Source: an uncultured Acidimicrobiia bacterium (lineage in GTDB: Bacteria; Actinomycetota; Acidimicrobiia; Spongiisociales; JAOTWH01). From it: a stretch of DNA of 64,000 nucleotides. Shown in pieces: positions 55,468 to 64,000 of this stretch; position 1 is the stretch's first letter; the number at the start of each line of letters is the position of its first letter. Made by a program: the position numbers and the translations under genes. The notes under the pieces were generated by a model, which did not search any database, was not told where the DNA came from, and saw only the letters and a list, made by a program, of their open reading frames with translations. The stretch spans positions 31,116 to 95,115 of the forward strand of contig CAXMQS010000036.1 in assembly GCA_964195995.1 (NCBI GenBank), written 5' to 3'.

Positions 55468-57574
55468 TGTCGTTCCTGAGAGCGCGGCGCGCCGCGTTGC
55501 GGCCGGCGCGGTGGGCTGGCTTGAGGGCGAAGCGTCGAGTGGCCAGAGCCCGCATGTCCGCCAGACTGTCCGGAACATGGTCGACGAGGTACTGGGCTAT
55601 CCCGACGAGCGTGGAGTGCGGCAACGCGCCGCTTGCCAGGATCACCTGCAACCTCTTTTCGAACGCTCCGCTCTCCAGGGATCGCAACAAGCCAATGGCA
55701 CCAGATCGGACCCGTTCTTCGGGGTCGCCAAGAGCGTTGAGCACGCTCGGCGTCGCCTCCCGACTATCGAGCCGGACCAGTCCCCGCAGTGCCTCGAGGC
55801 GCACCCGGGGGTCGGCGTGCGCCGTTGTCTGTCGGATGGGCTCGGCTGCCAGCGGCAAACCCGTCTTGGCGAGCACGGCGACCACGTTGCGCACGACGTA
55901 CCAGCGATCGTCGCTAAGCGAGGTCAGCAGTGGTGTCGGGTTGTCTTTTGCCAGAACGGCCAGGAGGTCGATCAGACTTCTCCTGGCGGCCGCATCTTCT
56001 TCGACGGCCAAACGCTCCAACACTCGTCGTACGGCTGGCGATCCGAGCATCAGCATCAACTCGATTATCTGATCCCGACTCTCTCCGGTGGCGAGGGAGG
56101 TGGCGTCCTTCGTCAGTTGTGGCGTCATCAGCGCTGCCAGAACGCCGTCTACAACGCCGGCTCGAGACTCCGGGAACGGCGGATCATCAAGGATGGCTCG
56201 CAGCATGGCGGTGGCCTCGTCGACCCTCCCGCGGTGAAGACGATCCCGCACTCGCCCTGCCCATACCTCAACGAGGCGGGCGAACCGCTGGTCATCGACG
56301 ACGGTGGCGAACAATGCGCGCACCACGCGGACTCCGTAATCGACATGATGATCGGCCGCCAGCTGTTCCCGCAACACCTCGCCCAGATCGGTGGCCGGCG
56401 CGATCGCCAGCTCGGCGAGAAGGTCGCCGATCCGAGAGCCGGTCTCGGCCCGCAAGCTCCGCACCTCGCGGGCGGACCGCAGCAGGGTGAGCAGCTCCTC
56501 GTCGTCGCCGGTGGCTTCCGTCGTCGCTCGGGCGTACTCGACCAGGGCTGCGAACCCCTCGTCGCTGATATCCGGAACCAGCTCGGCCAGCTCATCGCCT
56601 GAGAACTGGTCGAGGAACATCCGACTTTCATCGTCCGTCGTGCTGACTAGGAACGCCTCGAGGATCTCGGCGCGGGTCCTTTCCGTGAGGCGAAAGTAGA
56701 CCTCGATGAACGTTCCCGTCGGTGACGGACCGATGTCGTCAACCGTGTAGGGCATCAGCATGTCGCCAAGGCTGGCGGAGGTCGTCGAGGTCATGGCTCC
56801 GGCGTGCACTTCGCGAAATGAGCCGACGAACTCGATCCGCAGCTTGTCGTCGTCGCCCTTGCTGACCGCAACCAGCTTGGCGTGTATGTCGTCTGCGTTG
56901 GCGCCCTCGTCGATTAGGGAGGCGATCTCGGTCTTGCGTGCCGGCATACGATCGTCCTCGTCCTGGTCGGCAGAGCCCTCATCATCGGCGTCGCGGCTCA
57001 AGAGCCCTCGCAGCGAGATCTGAAACGTCTTCAGGCTTTCGCCGATATTCCCCAACCCGCCCATGGCCTCGGCTCCTGCCCGATCGAGCACGAGCAACCC
57101 GAACAGCACACACAGCTCCTGGGGGTCAGGGTTCGAGCTGATGGTGATTCGGTCAACGTCGTGGATGAACAACCTGGTAGCTAGGTTCTCGACGGTGCCA
57201 CGCTCGGAACCCAGTGTTGTGTCGCCGATGGCGAGAGATCCGGCGCCTACCTCGATCGTGACGCGACCGGCGCCGATGCTGTTCATGCGCTCGATGGCCT
57301 GGCGGAAGCCCGGCTGGTCGACGGGGTTGGGGTAGAGCCGATAGATCGACCAGGTGCTGGCGAGACCGTTGATGGCGGCGGCGGCCGCCTCAACTCCGAT
57401 TTCTTGGGAGTCTGCCCCTTCGGGGGCCCCAACGTCACCCAGGAACCCGTCTCCATCAGGCGTGCCGGTCTCGGCGTCTGCGGCAAGCTGTGCCAGACGC
57501 TCAAGTGGATCAGCTTGTCGCTGGCGAGCGGTCACGAATCGTCCCCGATTGAGGCCAGTCCTATATCGGCCCAT
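55460..57574 (-). CDS. large HEAT/PBS-lyase-repeat protein
   Basis: C-terminal third has repeated DxxVRxxAxxALGxL-type HEAT motifs (DPRVRLEALRGL, DPEERVRSGAIGLL, RWYVVRNVVAVLAK). The N-terminal roughly 450 aa are unassigned. Confidence 0.55.
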   Translation of the reverse strand: MGRYRTGLNRGRFVTARQRQADPLERLAQLAADAETGTPDGDGFLGDVGAPEGADSQEIGVEAAAAAINGLASTWSIYRLYPNPVDQPGFRQAIERMNSIGAGRVTIEVGAGSLAIGDTTLGSERGTVENLATRLFIHDVDRITISSNPDPQELCVLFGLLVLDRAGAEAMGGLGNIGESLKTFQISLRGLLSRDADDEGSADQDEDDRMPARKTEIASLIDEGANADDIHAKLVAVSKGDDDKLRIEFVGSFREVHAGAMTSTTSASLGDMLMPYTVDDIGPSPTGTFIEVYFRLTERTRAEILEAFLVSTTDDESRMFLDQFSGDELAELVPDISDEGFAALVEYARATTEATGDDEELLTLLRSAREVRSLRAETGSRIGDLLAELAIAPATDLGEVLREQLAADHHVDYGVRVVRALFATVVDDQRFARLVEVWAGRVRDRLHRGRVDEATAMLRAILDDPPFPESRAGVVDGVLAALMTPQLTKDATSLATGESRDQIIELMLMLGSPAVRRVLERLAVEEDAAARRSLIDLLAVLAKDNPTPLLTSLSDDRWYVVRNVVAVLAKTGLPLAAEPIRQTTAHADPRVRLEALRGLVRLDSREATPSVLNALGDPEERVRSGAIGLLRSLESGAFEKRLQVILASGALPHSTLVGIAQYLVDHVPDSLADMRALATRRFALKPAHRAGRNAARRALRNDNG

Positions 57575-57636
57575 TGGGGCCTGCGCTGAAGGCAGGCGCT
57601 CCGTAATCTCGGCCGAGCCGACCGCGAAGCATGAAG

Positions 57637-58650
57637 CTAGATGTGGGGCGCGACTTCCTCGGCGAGTTGCTGCATGAGCTCGATCTGGTCCTCGTAGGGG
57701 AGCGTCGGGAGGTAGCTGCGTGCTGCGAATTCGATCGGCATGGCTGCCTTCTCCCGCAGCTCACCGAGGTAGGAGACGATACGCTCGTTGGATCCGGCGA
57801 TGGTCGCCCGTCCTAGCAAGAGAGAGCGTTGGTCTTCGGTATCCGGAGCCCGAGGTGGAGTCCCGTTCCTGTCTGTCGACGCCTCCATGTCGGAGTACTT
57901 CCACATCATCTGCCACACATGATCGGTGTACCTCTCCCAGGCGGCGTCCTCAGATAGGCCGGGGAGCATTACGGAGTAGTGCACGACACGGAGGTCCGAG
58001 ATGTCGCGGCCGATGCGATCGCACTCGTCCCTGAGCCAAACCAGCTGCTGCAAGAACTCGTCGACCGGGGCGTTAGCAAAGAGGCCGTCTGCCAACCGGG
58101 CGGCCCTGCGGATCGCAACCTCGGCCCCGCCACCGATGAGTATCGGAATCTTGCGCGAAGGAGCGGGCCGCACAGCAAGCTCGGGAAAGGAGTAGACGGC
58201 ACCCTCGTGGTGGAAGGTCTTTCCCGACCACGCCTGGGGAAGGATCGTCAGGATCTCTTCCATAGCGGCCCCCCGCCGCCGGATGTCGGCTCCGAGCCCT
58301 CCGAACTCGGTCGTGCTCCAGCCAAGGCCGAGGCCGAGTGTGAAGCGGCCGCCGCTCAGCAGGCTGACCGTGGCAGCGTCCTCCGCCAGGCGCAGTGGGT
58401 GGTGTAGCGGAGCCAGCACGACGCCGGTGGCGATCTCGATCGTCGACGTTGCGGCGGCGATGGCACCGCTCACGACGGCCAGCGATGGCATGTAGCCGTC
58501 GTCAACGAAGTGGTGTTCCGTCGTCCAGATGGATGAGAGGCCGAGTCGTTCGGCCTCGACCGCGATCCTCACCGTCTCGTCGTAGGCCCGAGACCAATCG
58601 CGTTCGCCCGGTCGCAGCTGGGCGCTCAACAATCCGAAACCGAGGGACAC
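57637..58650 (-). CDS. LLM-class flavin/F420-dependent oxidoreductase
   Basis: MSLGFGLLS…WTTEHHF…LGLGLGW motifs. Confidence 0.8.
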   Translation of the reverse strand: MSLGFGLLSAQLRPGERDWSRAYDETVRIAVEAERLGLSSIWTTEHHFVDDGYMPSLAVVSGAIAAATSTIEIATGVVLAPLHHPLRLAEDAATVSLLSGGRFTLGLGLGWSTTEFGGLGADIRRRGAAMEEILTILPQAWSGKTFHHEGAVYSFPELAVRPAPSRKIPILIGGGAEVAIRRAARLADGLFANAPVDEFLQQLVWLRDECDRIGRDISDLRVVHYSVMLPGLSEDAAWERYTDHVWQMMWKYSDMEASTDRNGTPPRAPDTEDQRSLLLGRATIAGSNERIVSYLGELREKAAMPIEFAARSYLPTLPYEDQIELMQQLAEEVAPHI

Positions 58651-59043
58651 CTAGACAGCCAGGTGGTCGACGGCCGACTCGTGGTCGTCGACCACGATGG
58701 CGAACTCAAGGCCTTCAGCCGACGAGCGCAGCAGGTACATGGCCTCGATGTTGGCGTTGGCATCTGCGAGGCTGCGCGCCATGGTGGCGACGCCCGCGGC
58801 GCCGTGGGGGAGCATCTGGGTCAAGGCAGGGCGCTCCTCCCACTCGATGTTGTCGCGGCCGAAGATCTTGCGGGCGAGCGTCTCGTCGTCGACGATGACC
58901 CGGACGACACCCTCGCCATCGACGCCGTAGGCGGCGAGAGCCTCGATATTGATGCCGGCTTCGGCCATCTGCTCGGTGAGGAACGCCAACATGCCGGGGC
59001 GGTTGGCGAGCCTTACGGTGAATTCAGTCATCGGATTCAGCAT
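58651..59043 (-). CDS. ACT-domain protein (tandem ACT)
   Basis: MLNPMTEFTVRLANRPGMLAFLTEQMAEAGINI… repeated as a second ACT. ATG at 59043. Confidence 0.55.
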   Translation of the reverse strand: MLNPMTEFTVRLANRPGMLAFLTEQMAEAGINIEALAAYGVDGEGVVRVIVDDETLARKIFGRDNIEWEERPALTQMLPHGAAGVATMARSLADANANIEAMYLLRSSAEGLEFAIVVDDHESAVDHLAV

Positions 59044-59069
59044 ACGCCTCAGTCGAGAGTTGTGCACCG

Positions 59070-59942
59070 TCAGGCGCCGAGGAAGGCCACGATTCTGCGA
59101 CCAACCTCCTCTCCCTTGTCTTCTTGGAGGAAGTGTCCCGCCCCCTCGATCAGCTCGAGTTCGGCGGCGCCGGGGATCCGCTCGACGAAGCGCTCTCCAA
59201 CCTTGGGGACGAAGACCGGATCTGCCGTCGAGAACAGGACCTGCGCCGGATTGGTCCATTGCTCCAGCCGCTGGCGGACGGCGAGCATCGTTGCGGCTCC
59301 ATCGTCTGCCGGATCCAGCGGGACGATGAGCGGGAATCGATGCGCCCCCTCCTTGTATGACCTGTCGGGGAACGGGGCCTCGTAGGCATCGAGGACGGCA
59401 TCACCCCAGGGCTCGGTCATCGACCGTTCCATAATGAAGCGAACCGGAAGGTCCTCGGACTTCTCAACGAACGCCCGCCACGCCATGAACCCTTTCGACA
59501 TCTTTCCCCCGGTGAAGAGGCCGGTGTTCAAGATCGACAATGCCGAGAACATCTCTGGATGTTCAACGGCTATGCGTAGTCCGATAGGCCCACCCCAGTC
59601 CTGGACGACGGCGCATGCCTCGGAGATATCGAGGCTCGACAGCAGCGCCACCATTGAGTCGGTGTGAGCGTCGTACGTGTAGGCGTCGGCCTGTGCTGGC
59701 TTGTCCGACTTGCCGAAGCCGAAGTAGTCGGGGGCGATGGCTCGATACCCGGCAGCGACGAGGACGGGAATGACCTTGCGATAGAGGAAGCTCCAGGTCG
59801 GCTCTCCATGGAACAGGACGACGGGGCGACCCTCACCTTCGTCGAGATAATGCAGGCGCGTCTCGCCCCATTCGAACCAGTTCGGCGAAAACGGATAGTC
59901 GGGAATGGCTGCGAATCGCTCTTCCGGCGTCCGCAGGATCAC
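59070..59942 (-). CDS. haloalkane dehalogenase-type alpha/beta hydrolase
   Basis: HGEPTWSFLYRKVIP, nucleophile-elbow VQDWGG, and the family N-terminus FSPNWFEW. Confidence 0.8.
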   Translation of the reverse strand: MILRTPEERFAAIPDYPFSPNWFEWGETRLHYLDEGEGRPVVLFHGEPTWSFLYRKVIPVLVAAGYRAIAPDYFGFGKSDKPAQADAYTYDAHTDSMVALLSSLDISEACAVVQDWGGPIGLRIAVEHPEMFSALSILNTGLFTGGKMSKGFMAWRAFVEKSEDLPVRFIMERSMTEPWGDAVLDAYEAPFPDRSYKEGAHRFPLIVPLDPADDGAATMLAVRQRLEQWTNPAQVLFSTADPVFVPKVGERFVERIPGAAELELIEGAGHFLQEDKGEEVGRRIVAFLGA

Positions 59943-60436
59943 GCGTTGTCCTCGTCTTCAGGTTGGCGCGGTAGCGCCGGGACGATCAGGACTGGGATCG
60001 TGCCCTCCTGAACGACCCGCATCGACACGGACTCCCAGCTCGATTCCTCGAAGATGGGCCGCGTTGCTCCAAGGATGATGACGTCGGCCTCCGATCTGAC
60101 CGCGGCCTCATAGATCGTCTTCGCCGGATCCTCGCCCTCGAGGAACGTGGTGGTTGTCTCTAGCCCGAGGCCTCGCAGCGCCGCCAACAACGGGTCGGTG
60201 ATTCGCTTCCCACGTTCCTCGACGTAGCGGCCTATCACCACGTCTTCGTGGGTTCCCCGTGGCTCAGACTCATCGAGTGGGTGCCACTCATCGACGTGGA
60301 TCTCGTCAAGGAAGGATCTTGGAACCTCGATGACGGTGACGACGTGCACCGCACCACCCTCACCGGCTAACCGGGCCGCAAGCCGAGCCGCAGGCTCAGG
60401 TGAGAGCGCTCCGCTCGTCGCGATCAAGACATCCAT
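59939..60436 (-). CDS. universal stress protein (UspA family)
   Basis: The roughly 160-aa Usp fold contains the ATP-binding motif G-x2-G-x9-G(S/T)-like region (IILGATRP). Confidence 0.7.
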   Translation of the reverse strand: MDVLIATSGALSPEPAARLAARLAGEGGAVHVVTVIEVPRSFLDEIHVDEWHPLDESEPRGTHEDVVIGRYVEERGKRITDPLLAALRGLGLETTTTFLEGEDPAKTIYEAAVRSEADVIILGATRPIFEESSWESVSMRVVQEGTIPVLIVPALPRQPEDEDNA

Positions 60437-60482
60437 TATCCCGCGACTCTAGGAGCGCGGAAGCGGGGAGGTGTAGGCCACA

Positions 60483-61013
60483 ATGGACGAATCTGATCGA
60501 AGGAGCCGCGTGGAGCCGGAGACGCTGAACAAGGTGATGTGGTCGATTCCCAATGTTCTATGCCTGTTGGGGAGCCGGTCCGGCGACGAGTGGAACGGTA
60601 TGACGCTGAGTTGGGTGACTCAGGTCTCGATGGAGCCGGTCCTGATAGCTATCTCTGTGGACAACTCGGCGATAACGCACCGCCTGATAACCGAGAGCCA
60701 GGTATTCACCATCAACCTGTGGGACCGTGAGGACACCAGGCCGTTCGTGAAGTTCTCCAAGCCCGCTAGCTACGAGAGCGGCGATCTCAACGGCCAGCCG
60801 GTGCGGGAGGGGACGACGGGCGCCCCGATCTTCGAGAATGCCATCGCCTATGCGGAATGCCGCGTGTGGGGGAGCACCGATGTCGGAACACACACCGTGT
60901 TCTACGGAGAGGTCGTGGCGGCCGACTTCCAGGGAAACGGCGAGGAGGCCGCCGTCGCTCGCATGGAAGACACCCGCATGAAGTACGGCGGCGTCAAGCG
61001 CGGAGGGCACTAG
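60483..61013 (+). CDS. flavin reductase family protein (NAD(P)H-FMN oxidoreductase-like)
   Basis: The sequence LLGSRSGDEWNGMTLSWVTQVSMEPVLIAISV is the canonical flavin reductase-like domain signature. Confidence 0.8.
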   Translation: MDESDRRSRVEPETLNKVMWSIPNVLCLLGSRSGDEWNGMTLSWVTQVSMEPVLIAISVDNSAITHRLITESQVFTINLWDREDTRPFVKFSKPASYESGDLNGQPVREGTTGAPIFENAIAYAECRVWGSTDVGTHTVFYGEVVAADFQGNGEEAAVARMEDTRMKYGGVKRGGH

Positions 61014-61098
61014 GAAACGGCCTTGAGCTCTGAGCTCTGGCCGAGAGTCAGCGCTAGTAGCCCCTAGCTTCTCCTGCTTACCCGGTAGTTTCCCTCAC

Positions 61099-61551
61099 AT
61101 GAAAGCCCTCCAGGACGAGTACGGCCCCGACACCATCTGTTTCGGATGCGGTCCAGCCAACGAGGCTGGCCTCCAGATCAAGAGTTTCGTTGAGGGCGAC
61201 GAAGTGGTCGCCGACTTCACTCCCCAGGACCACCACCAGGCGTTCCCGGGGGTCATCAACGGTGGGATCATCGGAGCCCTCTTCGACTGCCACATGAACT
61301 GGACGGCGGCCTATCACCTCAAGGGTGACGGAGAAGGGGTCCCGGTGACCGTCACCGCCGAGTACTCGGTAAAGCTGCGTCGGCCGACGCCGGCGGGGAC
61401 GCCGCTGCACCTCACGGCTCACATCACCGAGAGCTCACGAAGCCGGGCAACGGTCGAGGCGACGCTCCTAGCCGACGACGTCGTGTGCGCCGAGGCCTTC
61501 GGCAAGTTCGTTGCTGTTGAAGAAGGACATCCCGCTTATCACCGGTGGTAG
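61099..61551 (+). CDS. PaaI/hotdog-fold thioesterase
   Basis: CFGCGPANEAGLQI…GVINGGIIGALFD matches PaaI-type thioesterases. Confidence 0.75.
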   Translation: MKALQDEYGPDTICFGCGPANEAGLQIKSFVEGDEVVADFTPQDHHQAFPGVINGGIIGALFDCHMNWTAAYHLKGDGEGVPVTVTAEYSVKLRRPTPAGTPLHLTAHITESSRSRATVEATLLADDVVCAEAFGKFVAVEEGHPAYHRW

Positions 61552-61628
61552 GAGTGAGCTTTGAGCCTTGAGCTCCGGACCTGAAGCCGCAAGCCTGAAG
61601 CGTGATGTCTGAGTGTTAGGTTCGCCTT

Positions 61629-62408
61629 ATGGATGTTCGCGTAGACGACAAGGTCGCATTGGTGACCGGCGCCAGCCGGGGTATCGGGGAGGCGGTGGCA
61701 GCAGAGCTTCTGGCAAGTGGAGCCCGCGGCGTCGTCATCACCAGCCGCAAACCGGAGAACATCGAGCCGGCTGCCGAGCGCTTGGGCGAGCCGGACCGCG
61801 TGCTGGCCGTCGTCGCCAAGGCAGATGAGCCCGAGCATGCCACCGACGCCGTAGCCAGGGCGGTATCGCGATTCGGCGCCTGCGACATCCTCGTCAACAA
61901 CGCCGGAACGAGCCCCGCGGTAGGCGATATGGCGACTGTCGACATCGGCGCCGTGCAGAAGACTTGGGCGGTCAATCAGCTGGGACCCCTCCTCTACGCC
62001 AGGGAATCCTGGAGCCAGTGGATGCAGGCCAACGGTGGCTGCATCGTCAATGTCGCGTCGATCGCCGGTCTCGAACCGAGCCCGTGGCTCGGTGCCTACA
62101 ACGTCTCCAAGGCGGGTGTCATCCATCTGACCCGACAGCTGGCGCTCGAGATGGCACCGGGTGTGCGAGTCAATGCGGTTGCGCCTTCAGTGGTACGCAC
62201 CCAGTTGGCAGCGGCACTGTGGAAGGACCACGAGCCCGAGGCGGCCGCCGCCCATCCGCTCGGCCGCATAGGAGAGCCCGCGGACATCGCCAACGCCATC
62301 GTGTTCCTGGCGTCAGACGCCGCCTCCTGGATCACCGGCGTCACGCTGGCGGTCGACGGGGGAGCGAGCGGTGCCAAAGGCGGGACGCTGGGTCAGGTCA
62401 GCGGGTAG
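61629..62408 (+). CDS. SDR-family oxidoreductase (FabG-like)
   Basis: TGASRGIGEAVA, NNAG, YNVSKAG catalytic tetrad motifs. Confidence 0.85.
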   Translation: MDVRVDDKVALVTGASRGIGEAVAAELLASGARGVVITSRKPENIEPAAERLGEPDRVLAVVAKADEPEHATDAVARAVSRFGACDILVNNAGTSPAVGDMATVDIGAVQKTWAVNQLGPLLYARESWSQWMQANGGCIVNVASIAGLEPSPWLGAYNVSKAGVIHLTRQLALEMAPGVRVNAVAPSVVRTQLAAALWKDHEPEAAAAHPLGRIGEPADIANAIVFLASDAASWITGVTLAVDGGASGAKGGTLGQVSG

Positions 62409-63622
62409 CCGGGAAGCCCCATTGCCACCCACCGTTCGAACGCCTCGTCGCTGTCGACGTCCCGCTGAGTCTCCGTCGCCATCAAATACCGATGATTGAG
62501 GAAGTCGGCGTAGCCCTGGATCGGATTGGCAGTTGCACCGGCCACGTGGCGTATTCGCTCGAGCAGCGGCTCGAATACCTCAGTTCTCCAACGCACGGCG
62601 GCCATCGCCCTCTCGCTTGGCGTGGCTGTCTTGTCACGGGCGTGATAGTGCAGGTCGTCGAGGATCACTCGGGCCTGGCCCTCGGTAGCGTCAATGCCGG
62701 TGATGTCACGCAGCCGCGAGCTGTGGAACCGACGCCCTCCCACCTTGAGCCGAAAGCGGAGCGAGCCATCGGGGTCGCCTGAGGAGATCTCGACGTCATC
62801 GACCTCGTATCCGAGCTCGTTGAGGCGACGGATACGCGCCGAGATGAGGTAGCGCTCGTTACGGTCGACGACCTCGCTACGCGTCAACTCATCCCAGAGA
62901 TCGTGGTATCGAGCTGCGATGTCCTCTCCGAGGCTCAGATCGGCTTCGTCGAGAGTCAACGACATGGCCATGGGCTTGGCCCACTCTGGAAGGTCCTCGC
63001 TGCGAGCTGCGATGTCGGCCATGCCGGCGGCGACGTTCTCGATCATGATCTCGAGATCGTGATGGCGCTGTCCGTCTGTTAGCTCGTCATGGATATCGAC
63101 GGTCTCGGCGTCGACCATCGTCACCTGGAGTGCTTCGGCGTCGAAGCGGTAGAGCACATTTGACAGCGAAGCGTCTCCCCAGAAACAGCCGAGGACATGC
63201 AGCTCCGCCAGCAGGTTAGCGAAGGCATTGAGCATCTGATTGCGTCGTGACCCGAACCCGTCGCCTTCGAGCAGCTCGCGATAAGAGACGGAGTAGTCGA
63301 GGTATCGGGTGATCACCGCCCCCGCCCCCTCGGCGTGCGGATCGAGCCACGGGCGCTCGACCACTCCTACCGGCTCGACGGCTGAGGCCTGTAGTTCGCG
63401 AAGCTTGCGCAGCATGGCGTATTCGTGGCGGGCAGTTCGCAGCGAGAGCTCTTTTATGGCGTAGATATCTCTCCGGTATGGCACGAAGACAATGGGATGG
63501 CGGTGGATGCCAGTCGGCAGATCGACCGTGCGCTCGTTGGTCCAATCTTCTATTCGGCTCGACCAATCGAGGTCCAGAAAGTCGGGGTGCCCGGCTCGAA
63601 TGCTTAGGCGAGGTGTATCCAC
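62393..63622 (-). CDS. DUF4032-like domain protein (kinase-like fold, hypothetical)
   Basis: 409 aa with LGCFWGDASLSNVLYRFD… resembling DUF4032 proteins. Overlaps the SDR 3' end by 16 nt. Confidence 0.5.
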   Translation of the reverse strand: MDTPRLSIRAGHPDFLDLDWSSRIEDWTNERTVDLPTGIHRHPIVFVPYRRDIYAIKELSLRTARHEYAMLRKLRELQASAVEPVGVVERPWLDPHAEGAGAVITRYLDYSVSYRELLEGDGFGSRRNQMLNAFANLLAELHVLGCFWGDASLSNVLYRFDAEALQVTMVDAETVDIHDELTDGQRHHDLEIMIENVAAGMADIAARSEDLPEWAKPMAMSLTLDEADLSLGEDIAARYHDLWDELTRSEVVDRNERYLISARIRRLNELGYEVDDVEISSGDPDGSLRFRLKVGGRRFHSSRLRDITGIDATEGQARVILDDLHYHARDKTATPSERAMAAVRWRTEVFEPLLERIRHVAGATANPIQGYADFLNHRYLMATETQRDVDSDEAFERWVAMGLPGYPLT

Positions 63623-63641
63623 GAACTCAGTTCGGACGCCG

Positions 63642-64000
63642 CTACGCGGTGCCGAACCTGGCCTCGAAGCGCTCTGCTTGCCGGAGAATGCGGTCGGGAA
63701 CGGCCATCAGCTTCTCCTGGAACTCTGCTGCTTTCGGCGTCAGGTCCTTCAGCTCCGCGATGTTCCACTGCTTGAGAAGCGGAACCACAACGTGTTCGTA
63801 GTGGACACGCATGTTGTAGACCCCGGCCCTAGCCATCTCGACGGACCGGCGCATGAAGCCGGGAATGCCGACACCGGGCATCTGGAAGTTGTCGAAGGTG
63901 GTGTAGATGCCCTCCATCACGACGGACGGCGCCTCGCGCAGCATGGCGGCCATTACGCCCTTGTAGAACACGAAGTGATGGTTCTCGTCCGCGGCGATGT
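63642..64000 (-). CDS. ferritin-like/iron-containing redox enzyme-like protein, 3' part only (gene continues past window end)
   Basis: The frame stays open to position 64000, reading …AADENHHFVFYKGVMAAMLREAPSVVMEGIYTTFDNFQMPGVGIPGFMRRSVEMARAGVYNM…, so the N-terminus is outside the window. Confidence 0.4.
   Translation of the reverse strand, partial: IAADENHHFVFYKGVMAAMLREAPSVVMEGIYTTFDNFQMPGVGIPGFMRRSVEMARAGVYNMRVHYEHVVVPLLKQWNIAELKDLTPKAAEFQEKLMAVPDRILRQAERFEARFGTA

Noticed and set aside
61014-61098. Scanned the whole window for tRNA-like or rRNA-like motifs
   Set aside because: No conserved T-loop GTTCGA(A/T)TCC-type element, anticodon-stem context or rRNA fragments were recognised. The intergenic sequences are short and explained by repeats or promoters.

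Overview
High-GC (roughly 68%) chromosomal segment that looks actinobacterial. The genes are translationally coupled, often with 4-nt start/stop overlaps, and many long GC-frame antisense ORFs are artefacts. The window holds mostly housekeeping and accessory metabolism.

Genes in order:
- rpsO 3' end and pnp. The PNPase carries an unusual ~100-aa Arg/Gly/Asp-rich C-terminal tail.
- A heterodimeric ABC exporter pair followed by a TraR/DksA-type zinc-finger gene.
- An ABC-2 exporter and an LLM (luciferase-like) oxidoreductase.
- An SOS mutasome split in two parts: imuA-imuB at ~10 kb behind a Gram-positive-type LexA box, and dnaE2 at ~34.6 kb behind a second LexA box.
- plsC, a YcaQ/AlkZ-like glycosylase, and a membrane-anchored beta-propeller protein.
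- SDR, ybaK, a GerW-like protein.
- A thiamine salvage operon (thiamine pyrophosphokinase, ThiB/P/Q-like ABC transporter) controlled by a clear TPP riboswitch.
- An AT-rich island carrying two tandem paralogous micro-ORFs, an RHH-domain protein and a DUF4097 protein.
- Lipid acyltransferase, DUF1295 and SGNH genes.
- A livKHMGF branched-chain amino-acid transporter divergent from a SigB-like sigma factor.
- VOC and SixA genes, an Aap-type amino-acid ABC transporter, aspC, a lipoate ligase-like gene, another ABC exporter, a BtuF-like binding protein, an S9 peptidase.
- A HEAT-repeat protein coupled to an HD-GYP protein, then LLM, ACT, haloalkane dehalogenase, Usp, flavin reductase, thioesterase, SDR, DUF4032, and a partial ferritin-like gene at the window end.

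Non-coding and unusual items:
- A family of GC-rich double-hairpin repeat units at five loci. Composite MITE-like copies bracket dnaE2 and its LexA box.
- The TPP riboswitch, two SOS boxes and rpsO-pnp leader hairpins.
- An 11-bp-phased triple direct repeat in the AT-rich island.
- Short heptamer arrays and a (GCCACC)4 microsatellite.

No tRNA, rRNA, CRISPR array, transposase or recognisable defence genes were seen. The candidates for something undescribed are the micro-ORF/RHH/DUF4097 operon with its phased repeats, the repeat family bracketing the SOS polymerase, the LexA-box-divergent small membrane protein, and the HEAT/HD-GYP pair.
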